DNA of 64,000 nucleotides from Macrostomum hystrix. Its lineage: Eukaryota > Animalia > Platyhelminthes. The stretch is from contig CATNEN010000007.1 in assembly GCA_950097015.1 (NCBI GenBank), forward strand, positions 6,138,001-6,202,000. The letters run 5' to 3'. Below are positions 47,201 through 59,500 of the stretch, one piece after another. The notes below the pieces were generated by a model. It searched no databases and had not been told where the DNA came from. It worked only from the letters and a program-made list of their open reading frames with translations. Both the position numbers and the translations under genes were made by a program. Each line of letters opens with the position of its first letter. The stretch's first letter is position 1.

Positions 47201-49392
47201 TTATTTTCCTTTTTTGATAGAGTTTGTTTTATTTTTGCTTTTTTTAGAAACAGTCTGCCATTTTGTTTTTAACAAAATACACATAATCTCATCAGATGCA
47301 CTTATCAATTTCTCAATTTCCACTTGTTGATGCTTGCTTTTTCAGAAATTATACTTTTTTCTGGTCAAATTCAACATTCTGCTAATTAGCTTAGCAAAGT
47401 TTCATTCAAGTTAGCCAGTCTATGGCAATTGCAGTTGATGCACCATTCAAATTAGACAACTATTGTTCAAGTTTGCCAGCCATAATTCAAGCTCAACACA
47501 CCATTTTAGGGTGTGTTTTGTCTATGGCAAGAAGGGGTAACAAGCTCAAAAAACAATTTTCAAAATAGACGACTTGAAATTTTACCAGAAAATGTTGATT
47601 GTTTGTTTCCCTTGCTTATTTTACTATTTTTTGCTGCTAATTTAATTTCCTGCGATAGCTATTCCATTTTTTAATATTAAGTTGTCAAATTGTCAGCAAA
47701 ATTAATGTACCATTTTTAGTTAGCATAACACTTCCACTCCTTGATGCCTTTTGAACTGCAATATCATTTTATTAGTTTGTTTCTTCAACTGTATAATATT
47801 GTACAGATGTTTGTAATGTGATGATATTTTTATTATTTTTAGTCTTAATGTGTTTGTATGAGTTATAGATACAAAAATAGCACCAGGTTTCCACTCATTA
47901 TTGCCATTGTTAAGTGGAAAACTACTGCATTATTCCTGCATTAAGTGCAATAAGTGCATTATATCTGTTCCAGTGTTTTTCTTGTGCTCAAAACTTTACA
48001 ATAAGTCTTCTGATACATAAACTTTGTTGAAAAAACTTTATAAGTGAAAATTGAAATTCAAGATGTCCTAGACAAAAAATCTATATAATTTTTTTTTTAC
48101 ATAGGCATATTAAATTACAGATAGATAAAGTACTCAATTGTCTCTTTACTATACACATAGTGTTGAGAGAAAAGGAGGAAAACTGGATCTGAGGACTAGT
48201 AAGAGACTAAAGTAGCAGTGCATGCACTAAGCTGTCTTTTAATGTTCATGTCACTGCCATGTTGCAAGTTGATCAAATGGCAGCTGACAAAGTGACTAGA
48301 ATCTAGGCCTGTGTGCCCTCCTTCTTTTATTATGTTTAAGTTGGTATGAAATTATAATCTCTGCTCAAGTTCAGTCCCACATCAGTGCAACAATATTTTA
48401 CTTTCAATCCAAGTTATGAGTGTTTTTTTGGCAATCTTCTAGTTTTGCATGTTTAATTCAAACTGTTTTTAAAACAACAGTTAATGACAGTTTTGTATAA
48501 CCAAGAAACAATGTGACTAACAACCAATGAACAGATGACTGACAGTGTCTATGAGTCAATTGCATGTTACTCAGATGTCATAGGCCTAGTAGTGTGCTCA
48601 GACGGCATAATAGTGCGCCACCCAGAAAAGTATGTTCCCAAAGGTGATGCATGGGTGAGCGCACTATTATGCCATCTGAGCACACTACTAGGCCTATGAC
48701 ATCTAAGTAACATGCAATTGACTCATAGACAGTCAGTCATCTGTTCATTGGTTGTTAGTCACATTGTTTCTTGGTTGTTATACAAAACTGTCATTAACTC
48801 TCATTTAAAAAACTTTTTTAATAAAACATACAAAACTAGAAGATTGCTGAATTTTTTGCTAACTTTTTTTTCATGAATAGAATTATAAGCATAGTTGCTT
48901 AGCAATGCTGCAATATATATTCCCTATTCATTTTACACTTGTGTTGGATGGATTGGGTTTGGATAAAATTTTATATCATAATTTTTTATTTTAGCTGCTT
49001 TCTTATGCAAGTAGCATATAATGAAAGGAACAAATGGTTGATTTACATAACAATTTCTAACCATTTATGTCCAATTTTTATGCCATAGTTATACTTCAAG
49101 GTTTATGCTAAAACGAAACTGGATTGTTTGTTGAACAGACAAGTCTCGGCCAGTTAGTGCACCAGCAAGCAGCAAAAAAACAAAAAATCTAGTATGGCTA
49201 GAAAAAATATTACACGATTCTTCGCAAAACGAAAAATCAACGCCTCCGAGTAGGAGTACTTACCTCAGGGAGATCACTCAAAGGAGAAATGTGTGCTAGC
49301 ATTGGCGACAATGAACTGTCATTAACAGACTCGAAAATAATTGATGAATGCCTGCTGCTTTCATCACTTGAGGAAGAACTATTGTCACTCAT
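37801..49392 (-). CDS. ANKHD1: Ankyrin repeat and KH domain protein (Mask/ANKHD1/ANKRD17 family); 8 coding exons, 6522 nt, 2173 aa
   Basis: Exons 49392-49264, 46111-45536, 45414-45163, 44953-44666, 44046-43082, 42834-42339, 41882-41496 and 41229-37801 join in frame. Two ankyrin clusters (about 14 + 10 repeats) carry family-specific strings (HKTDEMHTSLMEASMDGH, RTGSKLGISPLMLAAMNGH, APVPSSRDTALTIAADKGH). These are followed by a basic NLS-like stretch (RKRERKKQKK) and one KH domain (IGRVIGREGATINSIR). Confidence 0.93.
41496..41882 (-). CDS. ANKHD1: ANKHD1/Mask exon 7
   Basis: ERTKDTALSLACSSGR, HRNVSDYTPLSLAAS, TNKNTALTLACFQ; donor CAG|GTAAG. Confidence 0.93.
42050..42151. repeat. Intronic duplicate of an ANKHD1 exon 5 fragment
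   Basis: 42062-42151 matches 43245-43334 (90 bp, 4 mismatches); 42050-42064 is the reverse complement of 43217-43231. Confidence 0.9.
42183..42276 (+). mobile_element. Internally deleted 3' fragment of SINE family B in ANKHD1 intron 6
   Basis: TGCGTACAGTATTTGTGTGTGCTCAGGAATCAGCGGAATAGGCATAATTGCC...GCCCTCCTGCAATT matches the reverse complement of copies 1 and 2. Confidence 0.7.
42339..42834 (-). CDS. ANKHD1: ANKHD1/Mask exon 6
   Basis: Coiled-coil linker (EELQRVEREL), then TESGGETALTVAC and HRDKKGFTPLIIAATAG. Phase-2 acceptor acccag|A. Confidence 0.9.
43082..44046 (-). CDS. ANKHD1: ANKHD1/Mask exon 5
   Basis: LEMVALLL...TEETKETALSQAC; six ankyrin repeats then an Ala-rich linker; donor AG|GTGAG. 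Confidence 0.92.
44222..44560. repeat. Degenerate ~22-24-bp repeat (GGGATCTGGGTAGGGTAAAACCTC) in ANKHD1 intron 4
   Basis: Recurrent GATCTGGGTA...AAAC units. Confidence 0.8.
44666..44953 (-). CDS. ANKHD1: ANKHD1/Mask exon 4
   Basis: VRFLLESGADSEHKTDEMHT...EVNDEGYQALMEAAREGQ; GT-AG, phase 0. Confidence 0.93.
45163..45414 (-). CDS. ANKHD1: ANKHD1/Mask exon 3
   Basis: NENGHTPLMECSSNGH, EFKESALTLACYKGHLEM; GT-AG, phase 0. Confidence 0.93.
45536..46111 (-). CDS. ANKHD1: ANKHD1/Mask exon 2
   Basis: Acceptor ttcctag|; DAQTARKLHELL; first ankyrin repeats (GDSTALIEAASAG); donor CAG|GTCAGT. Confidence 0.85.
48431..48847. mobile_element. Foldback/MITE-like long inverted repeat in ANKHD1 intron 1
   Basis: Arms 48431-48624 and 48652-48847 (~195 bp, near-perfect reverse complements internally) around a 27-bp spacer; no clear TSD. 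Confidence 0.8.
49264..49392 (-). CDS. ANKHD1: ANKHD1/Mask probable coding exon 1
   Basis: ATG at 49392, preceded by an in-frame stop, reads MSDNSSSSSDESS...DLPE. Consensus donor GAG|GTAAGT, phase 0 matching exon 2. Low-complexity peptide, so homology support is weak. Confidence 0.65.
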
Positions 49393-52300
49393 GTTATTAC
49401 ATGATTCCCATAGATGTCACGTCACAAATGATAGCAACATAACAGAAATATAATTTAAAAGTCAGTGTTATTCAATCAGGGACATAACTTTATGCTTTCC
49501 TTTCGCTTAACATTAAGAGTATCATAAGTTCATTCATCGAAATTAGCATGCCAGTGAGAGTGAAAAATAAAAATGTCTTAACGTTGTTTAACCGAGAAGA
49601 TGGTAAAACTTTTCAAAAAGTTCAATTTTTGCCGTAAAAAAAAACAAAATTTGCTTTTTTACAGTTAGCACTCGCGTTAACTTAACTTTAAACTAACTTT
49701 ACATGGACTCACTTTATAATTACAGATTGCATGTATGGTAAACAACACTGCACTAAGAAAATTTATTTTATATGCAAGCAACATGTTTATTAAACACAAA
49801 TTATTCGCCGTAAGAAGCTTCACTATTCTAAATCGATTGACGATATAAATTTAAGGAAAAACAAGCTTAAAAATGGTATTTGCTGTTTTCGCAACACGGA
49901 TGAATAGTATATTTCACAAACGCGAGATTTCACAGTACTTATGCAGGGAAAAATTGAAATTTCACAATACTGAACTTTCACGGCGAAGAATTTCACGAAC
50001 TCATTGAAATCTCTCGATTTGTTAAGTGCAATAGAAATAGGCACGGGCATCACATTCTCGATACATTCTCACATTCTCTCCTTCTTATTTCCTCAATTTC
50101 CTTTCCGTCCTCTATTGTCCACTTATCCTTGTGTTTAGGTAACTGTCATACTTTGATGTCAATATTCTTTAATCCCACGCGGTTAAAAATCAAACAAACA
50201 TAGGCACAAAGAAAGCCGAATAAATTTATAAAGATATAAAAACAGAAGTTAATGGATGTAAATGTATTGAAATAGCTATCTCGGGACGAAATCTTATATT
50301 GAATAATCGCTCTACTGCAATGCGACTTTGAGAAATTTCAGGTTTGTGAATTTACCACCCCAATCGTTATTTGTTGTTTGTACGAGGATAATCGCTACAC
50401 AGACTCTTTGACGTTCAGGTCAGGGTGGGAAAGTCAAGTGTCAAATAAAATCTGCATCTTTTAGTATATATGGCATCTTTACCGTGCAGGTCAGACGAGT
50501 TAATTGTTCTAGAAACAAAATCTCCTGACCATAGACTATTAGTCACTTGATTAGGAATAATAGACAGGACTTTAAATCTCTACAGTCTATTAATACAGCT
50601 ATTATATTTCTTGGTTTCCAATCCAGGTGCGATCCACCCTGATTATCGATTGCAAGTGAGGTTTACCATCATTTTTTCACTCCCCTGAGTTTCCCTGCAA
50701 GTATAATTTCTCTTGACGAAATCCATGCACTCTTCTTGTTTCATGGCTACATATATACTCGTGTATATATATGCTATACATTCTACTGAGTAACTATTCT
50801 GGTCATGCACTTGGAGTCGGATCTCAGTATTCTAGCTAAAGCATCTGCACCGACAAATCGCGCGTCCTTGGAAAAGGAAAAGTTCTTGTCCTTCTCCCAA
50901 GCTCTGCAGAGACCATTGTGCAGTGCATCTCGGCTGCAAAAAAACTATGGAAGCTGCCGGCTCAATCATGTGCGCTTTAGTGGGCCATCATTACCTGTAC
51001 AGATGTGGATGAGACAATTGTTCACTCAGGAGAACGGAATATTTTGAATGGTTTGGAGGAAGAGAAGACGTGGGATAAATATGCATGATCACAATCGCCC
51101 CTATCTCGTACTCTTTCATATATTTTCAGTCTCATTAACAGTCTTATGTTCAAAGCTTTCCGTGTTAAAAAATAGGTGTTTTTTTTTCTGTAATTAAAAT
51201 ATTTTTTCCATCATCTCAATTTCTAAAAAAACTATTTCTTTCATTTCTGCTATTATTGTCAGCTACGGCATTGCAGTAGTCTCAGCTGCATCAATAAGCC
51301 TGCATACCCACTCCATGAGTCTATGCTCAAGCTTCTCTATCCCAGTTTTCTCCACTTGCCCCCGTCTAGCAGCCGCCATGCTCCTCGCACTTCGTCCCCG
51401 GGGTAACGAATCCGCCGCTGCATAAGAGTTGAGGGGTTGGCAGCTCCTGCACTTACCTCCCCTCCGCCCGTCAAGAACCAGCGAGTGGTTGGCGCTCCCC
51501 AGCCGGCCTCGCGTTGATGCGGAGGGGAGAAAGCCGGAGGCGAGAGGCTGCCAGCCTGCCACCACAAGGGGGGACCCACGGGGAGACCAAAGGGACCAAA
51601 GCCAGAGGGGAGAGAAGAGAAAAGGAGAAGAGATAGAAGGGTAGACAGAGAAGGAGATTGGCAGAGGCTAGCTGCGGAGGCGGGGTTGGCTGCGAGAGAG
51701 AGGGTAAGGCGGGAGGGGCATTGTGTTTCTATTCAAGCGCCCTCTCAGAAAAGTAGCTTCTCAATAGCTGGCAGAATTTGGCAATGTTGACGCGCCAGCA
51801 GCCCCTAGGAGTGAGCCAACAAACGAGTCTTGAGGCTTGAATGACACAAGAGTCTCGACCGGCCGCAGTTAACGCACCGCGCCACCTCAGCCAGCCGCCC
51901 CGCCCGTCGCAGCTGCCACAGTAGCCGGCCTGAGGCGAGCACGCAGTAGCTCCAGCCTGTTCCGCTACCGCACAGGGGGGCGGACCAGCTCGGGGCCTCT
52001 CACCTGGCATCGCCCCCGAGACCCCGCGGCGCATTCCATCAAACTCCGCTAGCCAGCAGAAAATTATCCAACACTCTCGGGCCGCTGCCCTGCCGCTTGA
52101 AAAGAGAAGCGAAACAGACAGTGAGAGCTAGTGCGAGCCAGGAATAAGCCTGACAAATACAGAGACTGAAGCTCGACAAAAAAGGATAGCATTTATAGTG
52201 GGTGAGAAGTGGTTGAAAAGAAGCAAAATAAAGCAGAAGCACAGATCTCTCAGTCTTGGTGGGTCGCCAACTGCTTGCCAACCCCGACGCCTTTTTTCTC

Positions 52301-52401
52301 GGTCTCTCGCTTGCTTCCCTTTTTTAAATTTGAAACTGTCCGTCTGCAACTGCAAACCGCTCTGAGCAAGCCGGACTGAGGAAGACTCGGAGAGCCAAGA
52401 G

Positions 52402-53580
52402 ATGAGCAGCTCAACGCTGGCACTTGCAACTTCTGCCGCTGCCAGAGTCGGCAGCGCCGCCCTGTCTGCTGCGGCCACCTCGTCGTCCAGCAGCCGCGCA
52501 CTCTCGTTGGCAGCAACGACAGCAGGAGCAGCGGCGTCCGCCACCGCGACATCGACTGCTGCAGCGACTGCGACTGCGGCGGTGGCAATGGCGGCAGCGG
52601 CCGCTGCTTCGACTGCAAGCGCAACCGCGACGGCCGCCGTGTCAAAAGTAGCGCTGAACTGCAGCGACCAGATGGCGCTGTACTTCATGAAGAACCTGAC
52701 TGTGTTCACCCTCTATAACATGACAGACGACTGCAAGCCGCAGTTGTCAGCTCGCTATGACATCCCCTCGAAGGTCCTGATTGGTCTAGTCCTGTCCATC
52801 CTGGCTAGCGGCACATGCTTCGGCAACGTGCTCGTCATCATGGCTGTCGGCCTGGTGAAGAAGCTGCAGAACCCGTCCAACCTGCTGATTGTCAGCCTGG
52901 CTTGCAGCGACTTACTCGTGAGCGTCCTCGTGCTGCCTTTCGCCATCCTGGTACAGCTGTTGGGCTATTTTCCCTTTGGCGAAATCGTGTGCGACTTCTT
53001 CATCTCGTGCGACGTCCTGCTGTGCTCCAGCAGCATCCTGAACCTGTGCGCCATCTCCATTGATCGCTACCTAGTCATCACGAAGCCGTTCGAGTACGCC
53101 GTGAAGCGAACTCCGACCCGCATGGGTCTCATGATTGGCGTCGTGTGGCTGCTCAGCGCCTTCATCAGCATCCCGCCGATGTTCGGCTGGAAGGAGCAGT
53201 TCATACCCGGTTTCTGCAACTACCCCGAGCTGCTCGGCTACCAGATCTACGCCACCTTTGGCGCATTCTACCTGCCGCTGATCATCATGCTAGTGCTGTA
53301 CGGAAACATCTTTAAGCTGGCTAGAAAGATGGCCAAGGCCGACGAGAAGCAGAAGGTGGTGCACGTCAAGCAGGAGGACAAGAACCTCATCGACGAGCAG
53401 CTGCCGAACGGCCAGACTGCCCGGCCGTCGATGCAGAGCTCGGCCTCCGACCTGCCGAAGCGGTCAGTGCGGCAGCAAGCCACGAGGAAGAAAAACAACA
53501 GCGACTCCAAGGCCATCAAAACCCTGGGAGTCATCATGGGATGCTTCACGCTTTGCTGGCTACCGTTCTTCATCATGCAG
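52402..53580 (+). CDS. HTR7: 5-HT7-like exon 1 (N-terminus to TM6)
   Basis: ORF with TM1-TM6; donor CAG|GTGAGA at 53580/53581. Confidence 0.92.
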
Positions 53581-56500
53581 GTGAGAATTCGGGGCTCGTT
53601 GGAGTACGCAGGAATGCCTTAGAGACCGGCCAAGAAACATGATTAATTATTGCCCCATCTGTTCTCTCGCAAGGCTTGTTCCAAATTTAGAACACAAAAC
53701 CCTTCAGTAAATTAGTTTCTAACAAATCAAAGAAGATCAAGTGCGCTGCGAAAGTTCAAGCAAAAGTACTCTACTCTAGCCGACTTGGAATTCGAGCCCC
53801 ACAATTTAGCCGCCCAGCAAAGTTGGCAGCTCGCGGCTTCTGTAGGCGCAGTGGGCCACCGCCCGGCTCGGGAAACTCGAGGGGGTGGCCGACAGATTGG
53901 GAGTGCCGGCGCTTGGAATTACCGAACGCTTGGATGAAAGCATCGACGACTGAAGCCTAGGAGAGAAAGGCGAGAGTAGATGGGAGGGCGATGGCGGCTG
54001 AGAGAGAGTCACTGAGAGCAGCGCGAGGGCGGCTCAAGTTTTGCGTGCCTCTCGCCTTGGCATAATTAGCGCCAGAAGGCCCCATCGGCCCGTCCACCCA
54101 GCATCCCCGCAACGATTCCCATGAGCCTCGGAGAAGTGAGACTGGCGAAGGGCCGAGGCAAAGTGGGGAGACGCGAAGAGTCCACATGCAGTAGTCACTT
54201 GCCCAGAAGCAGAAGATGAGGCTGAGACGGCACGGCGCATGAGGACCTGGTGTTAGCTGTGAGGATCTGAGCAAGATGGGATCTGCTTAGCCTCCCTTCC
54301 CCAGCCCTCAGCCTCTTCCCACTGTCTGCTCCCTGTCCATCTTCCCGACCCAGTCCGCGCCTTCGTCCCCGGAAGAAGAAATTCTCGATCCTCCTTCAGA
54401 AGGAGTCAGGGGGCGGCAGTGGAGTCGGAGTAAATACAGCCGAGCGGGAGGTGTCAGCCCGCAACGCCTGTGGGGATTATTTATCCAGCCCCTCAGCATA
54501 CTAAGCAGGGGAAGGACTCAGGAGCTGCAGTCGGTCTCAAGTGTTGCACTTGCTGCCCAGAGAAATAAGGAAACAGACAGAGCTGCATGGGAAGACGTTG
54601 GATTGATCCTTTTCCTGGGGCGAAGTCTTTAGATTGGCCTTTTCCCACCAGGCCAGTTCAGATGTTGTCGAAGTTGTAGAAAGCAGTGGAGAGGCCTGAA
54701 ATTATGATCCTTTCTGATGGAGCGCACTCAGCAGACGTGGCAGACTAAATGTCTAGCACTCGAGGCCTTGGCATAATATACGATTTCTGTGCATCCAAGC
54801 GTGAGATTGCAGCACCTACACCCTCACCAAATCATGGGATCTGTGGAGTGCTTCAAACAGGAAGAGGGAGAGAGGGAGCAGACAGAACCTTGGCTTCCCT
54901 TAGACAGACCTGACTTCTGCCCGTAGGCTGAATTGCAGCATCGTAAATGGAAAGTGCCTGCAGAACATCAATTTGTGCAATGTAGAGACATTGTTCCCCG
55001 CATTTTAGGCAGTTATTCCTAGAATCGCAAGCCTTCCTAAAAGGATTAGACAGGCGTTTGGGCGAGGGCGAGGCCGAGGACACGCGGGCCAAGCTGCAGG
55101 CTCCTTTGTCAGCTCTGCTCGCTGGGAGCAGACAATCGCAGAGACGGAGAGAAGGAGGATGGGGAGGGGGTGAGGCGGCCATTGTGGCTCAGGAGGGAAA
55201 AGGTACTGTGCCAGCAATCGATTTTTTTTCCTCTGTCTCTTCTCTCTCTGGCTCCCCTCCTGCAACTGTAGAAGTCCCCTCGCAGCAGCAGCAGCAGCAA
55301 GGCTGTAACGGGCCTCTCCATGCGCCTGAGGCCGAGGTAGCTAAGTGCAAGACAAGGAGTGAGGGGAGTGCCTAGAGCGGTGACTAGAATGGCGAGGGGA
55401 GGGCGCTGACACGATGGGACCCGGGAGCTTCGCCCAAAACTTGCGTCTCCCTCCCCCCGCCGCCCTCAGTCCTCATCCTGCGCCTCGCCTTTCCCGTCGT
55501 CACTATGCGGCTGCCAGCGGCTGAAAGAATGTGTAGGAGGAGAAGCGAGGTAGTTGGGATAATCCCGCTAGCGGCAATCCCAATGGCTGTGATTTCCCAG
55601 GAAACGTCCTCCCTAAATGCTTCTTCTCGCTTTTTATTCCCCATTTCGCTTTCGCCTTCCTTTTCCTCACCTTGCCTGCCCAATTTCACGCTCTATTGAT
55701 CGTGGAAGCCCTTCCACCTGCCCGCGTCCCCGAGACTCTCGCCCTAGCTGATGGCAGTCCGCCCAGCGAACCTCCGCCTTCGGTCTCCGCCGCCGCCTCT
55801 TTCTCCGCATCTGCACGGCTGCGCAAACCAATAGTCCCTCCTCGCCTGAGCCCTAAATAGCCTCACGGGGAGCTGCTGCTCTCTGATCCGGGCAAACCGG
55901 TACGCTGCCGTTAAGCTGGGTGGGGAATCTGCTGCAGGGTCATCCCGGGCCTGGCAGATCCACCGCCCTCGCTCAGAGCAGGCGGAGTTATATACCCGTC
56001 CAGAACAATCTGTAACTTTTGTACGCCAGTCCTGGCTAATGCTGGCTTCTCTGCGGCCAACTCAAACTTGGCTCTGCGGCCTGATACCGCCGGCCAGAGA
56101 GAATGTGGGAAGAGTTTGTTCAAAAATATCCCACTCTCCAATGGCACTAACAAAATCCCCTTCAGAGTAGCAGAAAGTATATTTAGGCTAGAGAAAAAAT
56201 TGTAACTAGAAATAAATTTCTAACCCCAACCCTCACAAAATAGAGAATTGGAGAGGCCCCAGAGAAGCTTTTCAAAACCTCGGTTAGGCTCTCGTAATCC
56301 TTAGCCTCAGAACAATCCCACTACAGGCTATTGGACAAGAGTTCGGTCTGACCAGACTGACCAAAAAATGTAAGACCGAGAGGAGTTTTTGTAGCAGCTT
56401 GTTCTTAGGCTTGTACAAGCTGTGCCAGAAGCATTCTGTGACTTAATAGACGAATGGAGAATTTGAAACAGATAAAAATAGGGAAAAATATAGCCAACAC

Positions 56501-59500
56501 GAACAACTGGTTTCTGTTTGACTTCTGCAGAAGCAGTGCCTTTCCAGCTGTGCAACAGTGGCTTTGCAGTCAGCAGGCCTGTAGCACAGAAGGTAAACAT
56601 GCATAGGATCAGGAGCCACCCGCACCCAACCTGTGCGGTATGAGGCCAAAAGGCTGACCTCTGTGTGTGAGTGTGTGTGTGTGTGACTTTGCGGCAGGGA
56701 AAATTGTATAGAAAGCAAATTGCAAACAGCAGAGAATTGAAGGCTGTTGGCTGGCTGGCTGGTGTCGCAGAAAAGTCCCGATCAAAGCCGGCAAATCGTG
56801 CGCGCCCTGTGTGCCCAATATTTTTTATTTTAATTTTGTGCGGTTTTTGTTCTCCTCTACAGAAAAACGCAGGCAAGGTTGACGAGTTATGCGAAGGCCA
56901 GGGGCGGGGCAGGGTTATGAGAACTGTAAGGACCTGCTCAGCAGACTTCCCATTTCTAATTCCGTGTCCTAAAGTGCACATCAACATGCATTGATTTTCC
57001 GCTCAATCATTTTCTATACCAGCCCCCCAATGACTTTCTTGCTAATTTTGACAACCAACGTTTTGCTTTACATTTCCACAGACTAAAAAATAATACGATA
57101 AATCAACAAATACCAAAAACAAAAACGATCTATATCAATAGTTTATTGATACCATATTTTGCCACACCAGAGCCGGCCAAAACTAGGAAGAAACCAGCAA
57201 TGTTTGCCCGCGGCCCATGTCTATGGCCTAAACGATTGCTTTATAGCGCAAAAAGCAAGAAAGCAAAAGTAGAGAAATAATCTCAGCACGCAAGCTTAAA
57301 AATTAGAGTCTCTCTTCTTTTAGTAGGGATATTTCTTAATGAAATTTTGTCTATGGTTGAAATGTGGGAGGCTTCGCCCCTGCACCCCTAGAAAACAAAA
57401 CAACTCCTGAAATTCGATCTATTAAATATCGAAATAGTTTACTTGTTTTCGATGAGTTTTTGCCATAGACATTAACAGCAGGCGCGAAAGCGGGCACGAA
57501 ATGAATTCAATACATAAAAATGAAGGTAATTTAGCCATAGACAGTTGCAGTTGACTTACTGAGACAAAAATGTCTATGGTACAATCATAATATCAGAAAG
57601 TATCACCACCAACCAATAATTTCACAAAAGGTATTTCAAAATACCATATCTGTGCCATAAAATACCAAAAAACAACCAACAAGTAAAAATTCTAAAATAG
57701 AAATTTCTCCTATTATATTTGTTGACTAATTTTAACCAGACCTGGATTTAGTAACAAAAAGCCGGATTTCCACCGCATGTCAATCAGCAGCTCTGTTGAT
57801 ATGTATTGCAGCACTGCACTGAATCCCATCCGGACTTTCACATCTAGTCTAAGAGTTTAGTGGGGGGAAACCCAGGCAAATGATTGACAGCTATAATGGG
57901 CCCATTGTGCGGCTAGTAAATTATTAATAAACACTTTATAATCTGTCTCAGGGTCGGCGTGGCGTAAATGTTGATTTTATAGAAAAGTGGATTTACTGTA
58001 AACATAAACATCTCGCAAGAAAAAAACATTTTTTAGTCAATCATTGCGCACTATTTGATTATTTACAGATTGTGACACCAATTTACAATGTTGTCACCGG
58101 AGAGCAGCTGAACATCAATCAGAACCTGTTTGAGACCTTCCTGTGGCTCGGTGAGTCGGTTGGGAAAACACATAAAATTTAAATTTATTTTGAATTGAAT
58201 TTCCTAGGATCTCCGTTCGCTTTCATCCCCTCAGTTTGAATTACCCCCTCAGTTTGAATTACCCCCTCAGTTTGAATTACCCCCTCAGTTTGAATTACCC
58301 CCTCAGTTTGAATTACCCCCTCAGTTTGAATTACCCCCTCAGTTTGAATTACCCCCTCAGTTTGAATTACCCCCCTCAGTTTGAATTATCCCCTCAGTTT
58401 GAATTACCCCCTCAGTTTGAATTACCCCCTCAGTTTGAATTATCCCCTCAGTTTGAATTATCCCCTCAGTTTGAATTATCCCCTCAGTTTGAATTATCCC
58501 CTCAGTTTGAGTTATCCCACAGTTTGAATTATCCCCTCAGTTTGAATTATCCCCTCAGTTTGAGTTATCCCACAGTTTGAATTACCCCCTCAGTTTGAAT
58601 TACCCCCTCAGTTTGAATTACCCCCTCAGTTTGAATTACCCCCTCAGTTTGAATTATCCCCTCAGTTTGAATTACCCCCTCAGTTTGAATTATCCCCTCA
58701 GTTTGAATTACCCCCTCAGTTTGAATTACCCCCTCAGTTTGAATTACCCCTCAGTTTGAATTACCCCCTCATTTTGAATTATCCACTCAGTTTGAATTAT
58801 CCCCTCAGTTTGAATTACCTTAGTTTGAATTACCCCCTCAGTTTGAATTATCCCCTCAGTTTGAATTACCCCCTCAGTTTGAATTACCCCTCAGTTTGAA
58901 TTACCCCTCAGTTTGAATTACCCCCTCAGTTTGAGTTATCCCACAGTTTGAATTATCCCCTCAGTTTGAATTATCCCCTCAGTTTGAATTATCCCCTCAG
59001 TTTGAATAATCCCCTCAGTTTGAATTACCCCCTCAGTTTGAATTACCCCTCAGTTTGAATTATCCCCTCAGTTTGAATTACCCCCTCAGTTTGAATTACC
59101 CCTCAGTTTGAATTACCCCCTCAGTTTGAATTACCCCCTCAGTTTGAATTATCCCCTCAGTTTGAATTACCCCTCAGTTTGAATTACCCCCTCAGTTTGA
59201 ATTACCCCCTCAGTTTGAATTACCCCTCAGTTTGAATTATCCCCTCAGTTTGAATTACCCCTCAGTTTGAATTACCCCTCAGTTTGAATTACCCCCTCAG
59301 TTTGAATTACCCCTCAGTTTGAATTACCCCCTCAGTTTGAATTACCCCTCAGTTTGAATTATCCCCTCAGTTTGAATTATCCCCTCAGTTTGAATTATCC
59401 CCTCAGTTTGAGTTATCCCCTCAGTTTGAATTATCCCCTCAGTTTGAGTTATCCCACAGTTTGAGCTATACCCATCGGATTAAAGATTTCGCGTCAGTTA

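Noticed and set aside
46780-48060. Coding-looking minus-strand stretches in Mask intron 1 (signal-peptide-like 63-aa ORF; frames with scattered TAA stops)
   Set aside because: TTG start, stop density not clearly below that of random AT-rich DNA, and no recognisable domain; tBLASTx would be needed to call a pseudogene.
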